Part shown: one piece after another, positions 1 through 10,502 of the stretch
How positions within the stretch are numbered: position 1 is the first letter of the stretch
Layout of the letters: every line of letters starts with the position of its first letter
From: an uncultured Geobacter sp.
GTDB taxonomy: Bacteria > Myxococcota_A > UBA9160 > JADFDR01
Length of the DNA: 53,949 nucleotides
Direction of reading: 5' to 3'
Assembly (NCBI GenBank): GCA_964424225.1
Contig: CAYRID010000004.1
Coordinates: forward strand, 1 to 53,949
Made by a program: the position numbers and the translations under genes
The notes under the pieces: generated by a model
The model's database searches: none
What the model saw: the letters and a program-made list of their open reading frames with translations, nothing else
What the model was told of the DNA's origin: nothing

Positions 1-1677
1 CGGCCCTTCGCCGCCTTCTGGTGGTGTCCAGGTGATGATCTGATACGGATCGGCGATATCGCAAGTCTTGCAGTGCACGCAGTTTTCGTGATGGATGAAA
101 AGGTTCTTTTTTCCCGGATGCTCGGGGTCGGGCATCATTTCGTAAACGGCCGCTGGACAGAAATTTTCGCACGGGTTGCCATACTCTTCGGTGCAAACAT
201 CTCGACACAAATCTACGTCGGCCACCACAAGGTGTGACGGCTGGTCGGCTTCGTGTTGCGTGCCGCTGAAACCCACGAGATGCTCTCGGCTGAAGGTGAG
301 TTTTCCGTCGAATTCGAGCTTCTTGCGATTGCGCTTTTCCGCCGAAAGCTCCGCCAGTTTCTTCATGTGCGACTCGCCCGAGGAAGTGAGAATTGGATCA
401 ATCAAGCCGCGACCGTTCGTGATGTCGCGCAGCGGTTGATTGAGCGCAAAGAACAAGGGGCCGCGTTCCATTGAGCCGTGGAAGTTGCGCGACTTCCAGT
501 GTTCTTCGTAAGCCCAGCTCTGGCGATACAATTCGGTGTAGCGTCCAAGTGTCAGCGTTGAGAAATCATCTTGGGCGAAGGCCGACACGAGTGCTTCGGC
601 AGCGAGCATGCCCGATTTGATTGCGAGATGAATGCCGGCAAGTTTTTCGGCGTTACAGAAATTCGCTGCATCTCCGACGATCATGGCGCCGTTTGTGTAG
701 AGCTTTGGTTGTGAATACAGTCCGCCGGTCGGCAGTGTTTTGGCGCCGTAGCGCACAAGCTCTGCACCCTCGAGAAGGTCGCGCATGAAGGGATGCAGCT
801 TGAAGCGCTGTGCCATCTCGTGCGGATCAATGCGCGGATTGTCGTAGTCAAGCGCCGTCACGAAACCGAAGGAAACGAGATTGTCCTTCATGTCATAGAG
901 CCACATCCCACCGACGGTTTCGAAGTAGTTTGGAAAACCAAGACCGTGGATGACGCGGCCCGGTTTGTGTTTCTCGGGTTTCACGCGCCAAATTTCTTTA
1001 ATGCCCGTTTCAAAGGTGGGCGGATTTAAGCCTTGCAAGTCGAAGCGCTGAATCAATTGCTTGGTGAGGCTGCCGCGCACGCCCTCGCCGAGCACGGTCA
1101 CTTTCGCCAAGATGTCCATGCCGGGTTGGAAGTTCGCTTTCGCTTTGCCGTGTTTGTCGACACCCATGTCGCCCATTCGTACACCGGCGACACGATTGCC
1201 TTCGACGAGAAGTTGGTCGCCTGCAAAGCCGGGATAAATTTCAATGCCGGCGGCTTCCGCACGAGCCGCGAGCCACTTCACCACATTGCTCAGCGACACA
1301 ACGTGATAGCCCTTCTTTTGAAACGGCGGCGGCGTGACGGGAGCGCGAAACGAAGTGTTTTCAAGAAAGACGCGCAGCGCAGCGTCGTTGCACACATACT
1401 CCGTCGGAAAACCTTGGGCTTCGAAGTCGGGCACGAGTTCGCGGATTGCGCGCGGATTCATGACGCCGCCGGAAAGCGAGTGATCGCCGATCGAGGCGGC
1501 TTTTTCGATGACGAGAACGTTGGGTTTTTCAATCGGGGCGACACCACGCTTTGTAGCGCTGGCGTTGTAGGCATCGATTTGATTCATCAAATGGAGCGCG
1601 CTGGCCAGTGTCGCAGGTCCTGCGCCAACATAGAGAATGTCGACTTCCATACTTTCACGTTCAATCGCTTGGGCCAT
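1..1677 (-). CDS. Electron transfer flavoprotein-ubiquinone oxidoreductase (ETF-QO), 3' end runs off the window
   Basis: Not in the ORF track. Manual minus-strand translation from ATG at 1677 (SD GAGGAGG at 1684-1690) gives MAQAIERESMEVDILYVGAGPA (FAD-binding GxGxA) and IEKAASIGDHSLSGGVMNPRA. The last in-window codons read CVHCKTCDIADPYQIITWTPPEGGEGP, the ETF-QO 4Fe-4S C-terminus. Confidence 0.93.
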   Translation of the reverse strand, partial: MAQAIERESMEVDILYVGAGPATLASALHLMNQIDAYNASATKRGVAPIEKPNVLVIEKAASIGDHSLSGGVMNPRAIRELVPDFEAQGFPTEYVCNDAALRVFLENTSFRAPVTPPPFQKKGYHVVSLSNVVKWLAARAEAAGIEIYPGFAGDQLLVEGNRVAGVRMGDMGVDKHGKAKANFQPGMDILAKVTVLGEGVRGSLTKQLIQRFDLQGLNPPTFETGIKEIWRVKPEKHKPGRVIHGLGFPNYFETVGGMWLYDMKDNLVSFGFVTALDYDNPRIDPHEMAQRFKLHPFMRDLLEGAELVRYGAKTLPTGGLYSQPKLYTNGAMIVGDAANFCNAEKLAGIHLAIKSGMLAAEALVSAFAQDDFSTLTLGRYTELYRQSWAYEEHWKSRNFHGSMERGPLFFALNQPLRDITNGRGLIDPILTSSGESHMKKLAELSAEKRNRKKLEFDGKLTFSREHLVGFSGTQHEADQPSHLVVADVDLCRDVCTEEYGNPCENFCPAAVYEMMPDPEHPGKKNLFIHHENCVHCKTCDIADPYQIITWTPPEGGEGP

Positions 1678-1912
1678 CTTCGACCTCCTCGTTTTCGGTC
1701 TGTTCTTGATCTTTGTGCGTGCAGCGAGCTTCAACACTTGCTGCGTCGAAAAAATGTGGTGCCGAGAATTGCGGGAAACGCTCTTTTGGTCAACCAAAAC
1801 ACGCGCATTCGTGCTCGGGAACCGTCGGGCAGCAAGTCTAAAAAAATGCTTCTCATCACGTCAGCCCCGGATGAGATTTTTTATGTAACGCGTACTTTTC
1901 TGCTTGGATTAC

Positions 1913-3190
1913 TTAGGACGGAGTTGCCGCTGCGAGAGTATGCGCAAGATGGCGGTGCATCCAGAGCGCGCACGCAGCGACGAGGAAGCTGCCAATCAAA
2001 AACGGTGCGCGCAAATCGATGTAGTCGATGGCCAGTCCGCCGAGAAGTGGCCCGAGGATGCGCCCCGTAGTCTGCATCGCATAGCTATCGCCCATCAATT
2101 CACCGGTGCGCGCGGCCAGGCAGGTCTTCGAGTAAAGGCTCAGAAACACCGGATAGGCGACGCCTTGGCCAAGTGCCATGAGGGGTCCCAAGCTAAAGAG
2201 CCATGGTTTCGACGGTGCGAGCGCGATGCCGAGCAGGCTGAGTGCGAAAACGAAAAGTCCGGTTGATACGATTTTGACTTCTGTGAATTTTTTCGTGATT
2301 CGACCGAGGAGGCCACCTTGAACGACGATCATACACACTCCAATGTAGGCGAGTGTCATGCCGACGCTGTGCTCGTTCATGGCGAAGCGGCCGTTCAAAT
2401 AGGGCGTAAACATGGCTTCGAATGCGCCCAGTGAGCTGTGCAAGACCAAAAACAGCGTGAGAAAGGCGCGAACGTGCAACGGATAGCGACCGAGCAGCAA
2501 GCGCGCCGGCGGCGGGAGCACGATGCGTCGGACCAAGAATCTCCAATCAAAGTTTTTTGCACGCGTTAGGTTGGATTCGGGCAAAAAGAAGAGTGTGAAG
2601 AAGAAATTGATTCCAGCGAGAAAGACCACAAAGAGAAATGGAAGCTTTGTATTGATGATCAACGGCAAGTGTTCGTGTAGTTGTGGATGCTGTTCGTGCA
2701 ACGTGGCCAGGATGCCGCCGAGTGCTGGGCCGATGACGAAAGCAAGTCCGATCGTAGCGCCGATCCACCCCATGGCTTTTGAGCGCATCGCGGGCGATGT
2801 GAGATCCGTGATAATGGCCTGCGCCGTCGAGATGTTGGCGGCAAAGATGCCACCGAGGAAGCGAGCGAGAATTAGACACGAAAGAGTGTTGGATGCAGAG
2901 AGAAGCAAAAACGCACAAAAAATTCCGGAGAGCGAAATCAGAATTACAGGCCTGCGCCCTATGCGGTCTGACAGCATGCCCCATGCGGGAATGAAGAAGA
3001 GCTGCGCCAGCGCGTAAACAGCAAAGAGAACACCGATTTCGGTACGGCTTGCACCGAGGGTTTTCGCGTAGATCGGCAAGACTGGAATTAAAATGCTTAG
3101 CCCAAGAAAGTCGATCAAGATCGTAAACAGAACGATGGGTAGTGCCAGGCGATAGCGTTGCGCTCGCTCCGGATTTTCAGTTTCTGTCAT
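1913..3190 (-). CDS. MFS transporter, TetA/DHA1-like drug:H+ antiporter family
   Basis: About 12 hydrophobic segments, motif A GMLSDRIGRRPV and antiporter motif FVIGPALGG. Confidence 0.88.
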   Translation of the reverse strand: MTETENPERAQRYRLALPIVLFTILIDFLGLSILIPVLPIYAKTLGASRTEIGVLFAVYALAQLFFIPAWGMLSDRIGRRPVILISLSGIFCAFLLLSASNTLSCLILARFLGGIFAANISTAQAIITDLTSPAMRSKAMGWIGATIGLAFVIGPALGGILATLHEQHPQLHEHLPLIINTKLPFLFVVFLAGINFFFTLFFLPESNLTRAKNFDWRFLVRRIVLPPPARLLLGRYPLHVRAFLTLFLVLHSSLGAFEAMFTPYLNGRFAMNEHSVGMTLAYIGVCMIVVQGGLLGRITKKFTEVKIVSTGLFVFALSLLGIALAPSKPWLFSLGPLMALGQGVAYPVFLSLYSKTCLAARTGELMGDSYAMQTTGRILGPLLGGLAIDYIDLRAPFLIGSFLVAACALWMHRHLAHTLAAATPS

Positions 3191-3230
3191 GGATGGACTT
3201 TCTTTGCCTCAATGGCCAAGTTACACGAGT

Positions 3231-3998
3231 CTATGTTTTGGACGTGTCTCGAGAATGTGTCGCGTGCGACGTAGTTCGGGTGCGAAATCCGAACCAAAAC
3301 ACTGCACCGGTGACGAGCAAAAAGATGGCAATCCACTGTGCTTGCGAAAGGCCAGCGACTCGAGGGTTGAGCCGCAAAATTTCAACAAAGAAACGACCGA
3401 GGCCGTTGAGCATCATGTATTCGCCAAAAAGAAACGGACTTTTTTCGCGCCTCTTCCAGAGGTAAGCAAAAACGAGGAATAGCCAGAAGCTTTCATAGAG
3501 CTGAGTCGGGTGGACGGGGACATCGATCGGTGGTGCTCCTTGCGGAAAGGCGACACCCCACGGCAAATCGGTCTCGCGCCCATAATCGTCTCCAACGAGA
3601 AAGCAGCCGATTCGGCCGAAGGCTTGTCCCATGGCCATGGCGGGCGCGGCCGCTTGCGACAATGTAAAGAGAGGGATTTTATGGATCCGCGCGCCGAGGC
3701 AGCTCGAGAAAAAGCCACCAATTAAGCCACCGTAGAAGGTAAATCCGGCACGTTGCCAAAACAGTTCCCAGAACGGGCCTTCGCCGCGCAGCGAAAAATC
3801 CGTTGCGTAATAGATTTTTGCGCCGAGCAAGCCGCCCAGAATGGCGTAGAGCATGATCGTGGTGGCGTGGTCGGGGTCGATGCCTTTTTCCTGGAAGAGC
3901 CTTGCGGCGAAGTGCGTGCCCGCCAAGAAGCCGATCGCCACCATGATGCCAAAGGTGCTGACCGAGAAATTTCCGATTTCAAAGAGGATCGGATACAT
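3231..3998 (-). CDS. lgt: Prolipoprotein diacylglyceryl transferase
   Basis: MYPILF N-terminus, FYGGL, GRIGCF and HPTQLYE motifs; multi-TM protein. Confidence 0.9.
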   Translation of the reverse strand: MYPILFEIGNFSVSTFGIMVAIGFLAGTHFAARLFQEKGIDPDHATTIMLYAILGGLLGAKIYYATDFSLRGEGPFWELFWQRAGFTFYGGLIGGFFSSCLGARIHKIPLFTLSQAAAPAMAMGQAFGRIGCFLVGDDYGRETDLPWGVAFPQGAPPIDVPVHPTQLYESFWLFLVFAYLWKRREKSPFLFGEYMMLNGLGRFFVEILRLNPRVAGLSQAQWIAIFLLVTGAVFWFGFRTRTTSHATHSRDTSKT

Positions 3999-4829
3999 GG
4001 TTGCTCCAGACCGCAGCCCAATCTCGGGCCGCGAAGTACGGGCAGCCTACGCAAAGCGGGGTTTTGGAGCAAGCGCTGCGGGGCCCTTGCACGCCAAATA
4101 TTTGCGTCGTCAAAGCGCGCGCAGAGGAGGGGGGGCGGCCTCAGCGCATGGCTGGGCGACTCCGCAAGCGAGATTGCGATTCTCCAGGTTTTGTTCGCAG
4201 TGAAAATCGATACAAAATTTCATGTAACACAAATATGAGTAATCTATTTCTTCGGATATTCGCTCTTGGAGTCGCGTTCCATCTTGCCCAAAATCGAATG
4301 AGCAGAATCTCGCCTGGATTGTTTCTTGCTGGAAAATTTCCGCAGCGAAGTTTGAAGATCATGCAGTGATCACTCAAAAAACACGTTGGCTCGAAAAAAA
4401 GTGAAAACGTTTCTGCTTTCAATGGGTTAGTCGGTTAATTGCAAAAAAGGGTAACACCGAGAAGCGTTTTAAGCGCTTTTTGCCTTCCCAAGGGGTGCAG
4501 AAATGAGTTTTTGACTGGCTCGGTAGTGAAGCTGGTGTAAGGTGTGCGCGCGAAAAAAGGATATCGCTGCAAAATAGATTCATTTATGATGCGCTTCATC
4601 CAAGAGGCGTGATTCGAGTCACGTACAAGCGCAGCAGAAGTTTTCGTGAACGTGGAGAGAGCAGTCGAGCTATTGCAATCAGTGTTCATGCAAAGCAGCA
4701 ATGTCGAACTCTGCGAAGAAGGTCGAATCCAAAATCGAATTTGAGGCCAGTGATCCGCGCAAGTGTTGGTAAAGCACGAAGCGAGATCGCAAAGCACCAA
4801 GAGATGGCGAGACGATCGAGGAGAACGCA

Positions 4830-5408
4830 ATGACGAAGCGCAAACTTGTAATTTTGGCTCTGTTATCCGTGTTTTTAGTGAGTGCTCCGCAAGCCCCGCA
4901 AGTTGAATCCTGGGATTCCGAGTTGGGTTGGACGAAGGCGCAAGCGCCAGAGTCTCCGACTGTGATTGATGCGAATTCGATTGCTCGCATTATGCAAAAT
5001 GCCAATCCTTTACTTTCAAGCGGCGAAGGCCTGCGAATTGGGGCTGCCGTGGTGCGCTACAGCCAGGAATACAATCTCAATCCCGAACTCGTTTCTGCCG
5101 TCATCCTCGTTGAAAGTGGTGCACGCCCCTGGGTCGAGAGCCCCAAAGGTGCTTTGGGTCTGATGCAAGTGATGCCCTATATGCGGACGCAAATGGCGCG
5201 CGAAGGCAAAAACATGGCGGGCAATCTCATGACGATTGAAACCAATATTGAGGCGGGCTGTTGGATTCTCGCCGACAATATCCGGCGCCTGGGCGAAGAA
5301 AACGGTGTCTCCTCCTACTTTTGGGGCAGTGAAATCCGCAGCGTGTCCTATCTCAACAAAGTGCGCCTCGCGCAGTCTAAAGTTCGCGCGCACCATCTCG
5401 AGTTCTAA
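4830..5408 (+). CDS. Secreted lytic transglycosylase (SLT domain)
   Basis: Signal-peptide-like N-terminus, catalytic motif ILVES, GALGLMQVMP, NIEAG; SD GAGGAG upstream. Confidence 0.85.
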   Translation: MTKRKLVILALLSVFLVSAPQAPQVESWDSELGWTKAQAPESPTVIDANSIARIMQNANPLLSSGEGLRIGAAVVRYSQEYNLNPELVSAVILVESGARPWVESPKGALGLMQVMPYMRTQMAREGKNMAGNLMTIETNIEAGCWILADNIRRLGEENGVSSYFWGSEIRSVSYLNKVRLAQSKVRAHHLEF

Positions 5409-5463
5409 TCGCAAATTGTTTTTTGAGCTGTACTGACAGCGAGGATCGCCTAGCCTCGTAGCG

Positions 5464-6312
5464 ATGCAGACTTTTCGGCATTTCGAAGCTTCCTTTGCGG
5501 GCTCCGATGCGACACCGTTGTTTCGGCAAGCATGGATTCCTCCGTCACCAAATCGTGTACTCGTGCTTGTGCATGGGCTTGCAGAACATAGTGGGCGCCA
5601 TGCTGCTTTGGCGCAGTGGTTTGCACAGCGCTGCTTTGCCGTGCACGCCTACGATCATCGTGGCCATGGGCGTTCGCTGGGTCGCCGTGGTTTTGTCCGC
5701 AGCTTTTCAGAATTGCTCGATGATCTCGAATGCTTTTTGGTAGCAGTGAAAAAGGATCATCCGACGTTACCGATTACTTTGCTTGGGCATAGCTTGGGCG
5801 GACTTGTTGTGCTGACACTTCTTTGTGAGAGAAGCCCCGAATTGGCGCAGGCCGTCGTGTCGGGGCCGGCCTTGCGTGTTGCCGACGGAGTTTCCAAGTT
5901 GCAGATCGAATTGGTGCGCCAAATCGGTCTGCTTTTGCCTTGGTTACCGATACCGAATTCTTTGAATCTCGAAGATCTTTCGCGCGATCCTGAGGTGGGA
6001 CGACGTTATCGTGAAGATCCATTGGTGCAGAAAAAAATTTCGATTGCACTTGCGCGCGCCATTCTCGAACAAGGGTCGTGTACGCTGCGCGCTGCGGCGA
6101 AAGTACAGGTGCCGATTTTGATTTTGCACGGGGCCGAAGATCGGATTTGTTCAGCTGCCGCAAGTCAAGAATTCTTTCGTACACTGCGCATTCAGGGTAG
6201 CGCTTGCAAAACGTATCCAGGGTTGCGTCATGAAGTTTTTCAAGAGCCTGAACACGAAAAAGTGTACAACGACGTTTTGAGATGGATCGAGAGCCGAGAG
6301 GAGAAAAAATGA
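5464..6312 (+). CDS. Alpha/beta hydrolase, lysophospholipase / monoacylglycerol lipase family
   Basis: [15 protein letters not shown], nucleophile elbow GHSLG, HGAEDRI and RHE catalytic motifs. Confidence 0.88.
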   Translation: MQTFRHFEASFAGSDATPLFRQAWIPPSPNRVLVLVHGLAEHSGRHAALAQWFAQRCFAVHAYDHRGHGRSLGRRGFVRSFSELLDDLECFLVAVKKDHPTLPITLLGHSLGGLVVLTLLCERSPELAQAVVSGPALRVADGVSKLQIELVRQIGLLLPWLPIPNSLNLEDLSRDPEVGRRYREDPLVQKKISIALARAILEQGSCTLRAAAKVQVPILILHGAEDRICSAAASQEFFRTLRIQGSACKTYPGLRHEVFQEPEHEKVYNDVLRWIESREEKK

Positions 6313-6809
6313 GTTCTCAAAAACTGACGCATTTGGATGCACAAGGTCGCGCGCAGATGGTCGATGTGGGCGAGAAGGCTGTGACGTCGCGCGAGGCCAT
6401 TGCGCGGGGCGAGGTGCGCATGGCACCGCAGACCTTGCGCATGATCACTGACGGTACGAATCCGAAGGGTGACGTGTTTGCGGTGGCGCGTTTGGCAGGG
6501 ATTCAGGCGGCAAAGCGTACGGCAGATTGGATTCCGCTCGCACATCCGCTGGCGCTTGATCAAGTGACGGTGACGCTCACGGCAGATGAAAAAAATTCGC
6601 GAGTTTTGATCGAAGCGTGCGCGCGCGTCCAGGCGCGCACGGGTGTGGAGATGGAAGCACTGGTGGCGGTGTCGGCGGCAAGCCTTGCGATCTACGACAT
6701 GTGCAAAGCTGTCGATCGCGCGATGACAATCGATGCCGTACGCCTCGTGAGTAAGACAGGCGGTAAGAGCGGGTCTTGGTTGCGTGCAGGCGAGGAAGAC
6801 GACGCGTGA
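6309..6809 (+). CDS. moaC: Cyclic pyranopterin monophosphate synthase MoaC
   Basis: LTHLD...[39 protein letters not shown]. Start set at ATG 6309, which overlaps the hydrolase stop. Confidence 0.95.
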   Translation: MSSQKLTHLDAQGRAQMVDVGEKAVTSREAIARGEVRMAPQTLRMITDGTNPKGDVFAVARLAGIQAAKRTADWIPLAHPLALDQVTVTLTADEKNSRVLIEACARVQARTGVEMEALVAVSAASLAIYDMCKAVDRAMTIDAVRLVSKTGGKSGSWLRAGEEDDA

Positions 6810-8080
6810 TGAAGCAGTGTCACAAAATTGCGTTATCCATTTTGTTTTGCATTGTGTTAGGAATGGCGTTTCCAACACGGGCTGGTGTTGTCGATCTTGC
6901 ACCGCACGGCGAAACGTGGTGGGGCGTACGCGATTTGGTTGCCCCGTTTGCGTCGATCTTCGTTGGTCCGATGTACTACTACGGTAAGCGCGAACTCAGG
7001 ATCGATACCGTGCCGCCTGCAGGCACACTCGATTTGTTCTACATCCGAGCCTCATTTCAAAAGCGCTACGAGCGCACACAAGCACCCGCGACGGTAATTT
7101 TGCCTCGCCGAATTGATGCAAGTCCGCGTGATGTGGTGTTGATTCGCGCTTCGCTTGAAGGTTACCGCGAGCAGGAACGCACCGTTCAGATTGCATCGCG
7201 CGAGGACAAAGTACAAATCAACTTCGAACCGCTGCCGAACACCTTGCGCGCCGTAGCACATACTTACCTTGCAGGACGCGCGTCACTTACATTTCTTACG
7301 GATGAAGTCTTAAATATTCGAATTCAAAAAGACGCCACCGAAGGCTACACCGTGTTTTTGAATGCCACAGCCAAGGCGCCCGGCGTTGGCGAAGCGTTAC
7401 AAAGCTTGCGAAGTGCATGGATCGATTCTTTGCGCTCGCAACAACTTGGCGAAGATTTGTTGATTCGCATCAAACTTTCCGAGATTGCGAAAAAAGCCAA
7501 TCTCGAACTTCGCTCGCGCCAAGCGCATGACCCGTATCGCGATATTCAAACTTATACGCTGGATTTGATTGCCCCCGACGAGCAAGCGATGATTGCAGCG
7601 GTCAAGGTTGCTCTAATCAAAGTAACGCCGATTGATGTTACAGATTGCTCTTTTGCGTTCGAGGATGGCCTACACGAGGGGTTGACGCTTGATGCGCTGA
7701 ATCGCGCACTCGCTCCGCGTGGCGAATTTACAGATCCGTATTTGCAAGCTGCAATGAAGCGACTCGGAGAAGTGTCGCCAGGTAAAGTGATTACGCTGCA
7801 GGACGGTACGCAACTTAGTCCCGATAATGTACTCGAACTCACACTGGCGATGAGTCAACCGGCGCAAGTGCGTGGCTACCTCGCCTTTTTGCGTAGCTTT
7901 TCACGGCACCTTGAAGGTCAGAATGAATGGCGATCGACGCTTCGCGGTTTGATTGCACCCGAAATCGGCGCTACGACCTTCAACGAGATTCTCGATCGTG
8001 CGACGGCGCGTGAGCGCAGCTGCATGCTGCGCAAAATCGGTGCTGCAGCACCCGAACTGCAACCTTTCATCGTGCGTTAA
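6809..8080 (+). CDS. Secreted hypothetical protein (about 423 aa)
   Basis: ATG overlaps the moaC stop (TGATG). Signal-peptide-like N-terminus ending in PTRA; long open frame with no recognised family. Confidence 0.75.
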   Translation: MKQCHKIALSILFCIVLGMAFPTRAGVVDLAPHGETWWGVRDLVAPFASIFVGPMYYYGKRELRIDTVPPAGTLDLFYIRASFQKRYERTQAPATVILPRRIDASPRDVVLIRASLEGYREQERTVQIASREDKVQINFEPLPNTLRAVAHTYLAGRASLTFLTDEVLNIRIQKDATEGYTVFLNATAKAPGVGEALQSLRSAWIDSLRSQQLGEDLLIRIKLSEIAKKANLELRSRQAHDPYRDIQTYTLDLIAPDEQAMIAAVKVALIKVTPIDVTDCSFAFEDGLHEGLTLDALNRALAPRGEFTDPYLQAAMKRLGEVSPGKVITLQDGTQLSPDNVLELTLAMSQPAQVRGYLAFLRSFSRHLEGQNEWRSTLRGLIAPEIGATTFNEILDRATARERSCMLRKIGAAAPELQPFIVR

Positions 8081-8155
8081 TTTTCGCTTTGCAATTTTTT
8101 TCAAAACGCTATTGTGCGTCGCGCTCTCCCCGCATTCGCGTCCCGGGAGTTTTGC

Positions 8156-8887
8156 ATGTCTGTATCAAAACAGATAGCACTGACGCCGCCATCGCCTCAG
8201 CAAATCGACTCGAATTTGTGTATATCTGATTGGCCGCGTGAGCGCCTTGTGATGCAAGGCGCCGCAGCGCTCAGTGATGCCGAGTTGTTAGCTTTGCTAT
8301 TGCGCACCGGCGGAAAAAACAAAGATGTATTGGAGGTTGCACGCGGGATTTTGCAAGCACTCGGCGGGCTCGCTGGACTGCAGCGAGCGACAGATCGCGA
8401 GCTTTGCATGATTGAGGGTGTGGGTCCTGCCAAAAGTGCCACGCTGCAAGCTGCGCTTGAGCTTGGAAAGCGTGTGACGGCGCGCCGCTTGCGTCCGGGT
8501 GAAGCGATTCGTGGCGCGCAGGACGTCTTTGATCACTATTACTCACAACTGCGTATGCTGGCCCATGAGCGTTTCTTCGTGCTTTTGCTCGACGGACGCC
8601 ACCGCATCCTCAAAGATGTGACTGTCTCGCAAGGTACGCTTACGGCGAGCCTCGTGCATCCACGCGAAGTCTTTCAAGCGGCGCTTCGCGAGACGGCCGC
8701 AGCAATTATTCTTGTCCACAATCATCCAAGTGGCGATCCGTCACCGAGCGTGGAAGATCGTGAAATTACGCAGCGGCTCGTACGCGCGGGCGAAATTCTC
8801 GGCATCAAAGTGCTCGATCATCTCGTGATTGCCGAGCAGGGTTTCGTGAGTTTTCTCGAAAAGGGTTTGATGGAAACGAAGACGTGA
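8156..8887 (+). CDS. radC: RadC / UPF0758 protein (HhH plus JAB domain)
   Basis: PRERL...LSDAELLALLL, GVGPAK, ERFFV, HPREVF, HNHPSGDPSPSVED, LDHLVI. Start at ATG 8156 preferred. Confidence 0.93.
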   Translation: MSVSKQIALTPPSPQQIDSNLCISDWPRERLVMQGAAALSDAELLALLLRTGGKNKDVLEVARGILQALGGLAGLQRATDRELCMIEGVGPAKSATLQAALELGKRVTARRLRPGEAIRGAQDVFDHYYSQLRMLAHERFFVLLLDGRHRILKDVTVSQGTLTASLVHPREVFQAALRETAAAIILVHNHPSGDPSPSVEDREITQRLVRAGEILGIKVLDHLVIAEQGFVSFLEKGLMETKT

Positions 8888-8907
8888 TGAGGTGCTGCGT
8901 TTGTAAT

Positions 8908-8947
8908 GCGAACGCACGAGATGAAATCTATCGTCTCGTGCGTTCGC
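8908..8947. terminator. Perfect 14-bp inverted repeat, probable bidirectional terminator between convergent radC and ssb
   Basis: gcgaacgcacgaga (8908-8921) is the exact reverse complement of tctcgtgcgttcgc (8934-8947); 12-nt loop; no clear U tract. Confidence 0.55.
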
Positions 8948-9016
8948 GAAGAAGAGCGCTTTGTAACGCAAGTCACATTTTAGTGTAACAAACTTGTGGG
9001 TTGTGACAGGTGTAGT

Positions 9017-9451
9017 TCAGAACGGGATATCGTCGTCCGGCGGAGGTGGCGCTTGCTCGCTGCGTGAAGAATATCCGCCTGTATCCGAATCACTGCCGGA
9101 AGCGTGAGATTCGCCGCCGCGTCCGCCGCCGAGGAATTGCACGGTCTGCGCATTGATCTCGGTGGTTTGGCGTTCGTGGCCGTCTTTGTCTTCCCACTTG
9201 CGTGTTTGCAAGCGACCTTCGATGTACACGCTGCGGCCCTTGGACAAATATTTGCCACAGTTCTCTGCAGCCTTCCCCCACACGACGATGCGATGCCACT
9301 CGGTGTGTTCTTCGCGCTCGCCGGCTTTGTTGTTCCAGCTATCCGTGGTTGCGATCGAGAACGAGGCGACTGGTTGCCCGCTTTTCGTGTAGCGAAGTTC
9401 GGGATCGCGCCCCAAATTTCCAACTAAAATAACTTTGTTGACACTTGCCAT
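9017..9451 (-). CDS. ssb: Single-stranded DNA-binding protein
   Basis: [41 protein letters not shown]; C-terminal DDDIPF. Confidence 0.97.
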   Translation of the reverse strand: MASVNKVILVGNLGRDPELRYTKSGQPVASFSIATTDSWNNKAGEREEHTEWHRIVVWGKAAENCGKYLSKGRSVYIEGRLQTRKWEDKDGHERQTTEINAQTVQFLGGGRGGESHASGSDSDTGGYSSRSEQAPPPPDDDIPF

Positions 9452-9602
9452 CGGTATGGACTCCGTGGTTGGGGGTGAGAGATCATGATTCCTGCATCGG
9501 ACGTTATCGTCAAGCAGGACTTCGTCGCGCGTGCAGAGCGCGCTGTTACCGACGGTCCAAAGTGATGTTTCTGTATTTTATTTTGTGGATTGGAATGATT
9601 TC

Positions 9603-10331
9603 GTGAATGGAATCTATTTTTTGCGCGCCAGCCTGATCGTGCTCTACACGATTTTTTGGGGTCTTTTTGCATGCGTCGTAGGTTTGGTAGATCGCTCGGG
9701 TGCGGGAGTCGTGGGGGTGGCGCGAATTTGGGCGCACTGGATTCTTGCAACGTGCAAAATCAAAATTGAGGCGCACGGGATTGAACAAATACCGCGAGAT
9801 CAGCCCGTCATTTTCATGTCGAATCACCGCAGTGCCCTCGATGTTTTGGTTTTGGTGAAGACGCTGCCGGTGCCGTTTCGGTTTGTCGCAAAAAAAGAAC
9901 TGCGCTGGATTCCTCTTTTTGGTTGGGCACTCTTCCTCGGACGCCATGTCTTTGTAGATCGCGAAAATCGGATCAAAGCCATTCAAAGTTTGACGGAAGC
10001 TGCGGAGCGCGTGCGTAGCGGCACCAATGTCATTCTTTATCCCGAAGGTACGCGCAGTCGAACGACGGAACTTTTGCCATTTAAGAGTGGTTCGTTTCAC
10101 ATGGCGCTGGATGCAGGGGTGCTCGTAGTGCCCGTGAGTGTTTCGGGCAGCCAGCGTTTAACCCCGAAGGGTTCGTCCATCGTGCGATCCGGGACGATCC
10201 GGATCGTTTTTGGAAAACCAATCGCAAGCCGCGACTTTGATTTTGACCGTCGGTACTTGTTTATGGAAACGGTGCGCCAGGCCATTCTTGCGGGTCTTGC
10301 AAACGATCTCGATAAAGTTGAGGGGTCGTGA
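9603..10331 (+). CDS. plsC: 1-acyl-sn-glycerol-3-phosphate acyltransferase (LPAAT family)
   Basis: NHRSALD, FVAKKEL, FVDR and YPEGTRS motifs. Start uncertain: the frame is open from 9531, GTG 9603 preferred. Confidence 0.85.
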   Translation: MNGIYFLRASLIVLYTIFWGLFACVVGLVDRSGAGVVGVARIWAHWILATCKIKIEAHGIEQIPRDQPVIFMSNHRSALDVLVLVKTLPVPFRFVAKKELRWIPLFGWALFLGRHVFVDRENRIKAIQSLTEAAERVRSGTNVILYPEGTRSRTTELLPFKSGSFHMALDAGVLVVPVSVSGSQRLTPKGSSIVRSGTIRIVFGKPIASRDFDFDRRYLFMETVRQAILAGLANDLDKVEGS

Positions 10332-10502
10332 GTTGCATGTGTTGGATCGTGCCGCCAAGTGCCAAGCCTGAGCCTGCCCGAGCACTCGATGCTGCGACGG
10401 AAGCGAGTTGTCGTCCCAAACGCGAAAGCTTGCTTGACGGTCTTTGTGATGAGCAGGTACGCTCGACCGGTACCTCCCCCCAAAAAAATCGAGTGCACGA
10501 CT

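Noticed and set aside
1033-2070. 345-aa plus-strand ORF
   Set aside because: Antisense shadow of ETF-QO with no recognisable motifs.
4768-4796. c-di-GMP-I (GEMM) riboswitch-like words GGTAAA...CGCAAAGC before the SLT gene
   Set aside because: No GNRA-capped stem between the two words and no downstream GGYCUAA/P2 element.
8156-8887. RadC JAB domain as a de-conjugating enzyme of the Pup system
   Set aside because: It is an ordinary full-length RadC, 5 kb away with unrelated genes between, and the operon already encodes Dop.
9486-9566. 26-codon ORF ([13 protein letters not shown]...) between ssb and plsC
   Set aside because: Too short to support without homology or expression data; the region probably holds the divergent promoters.
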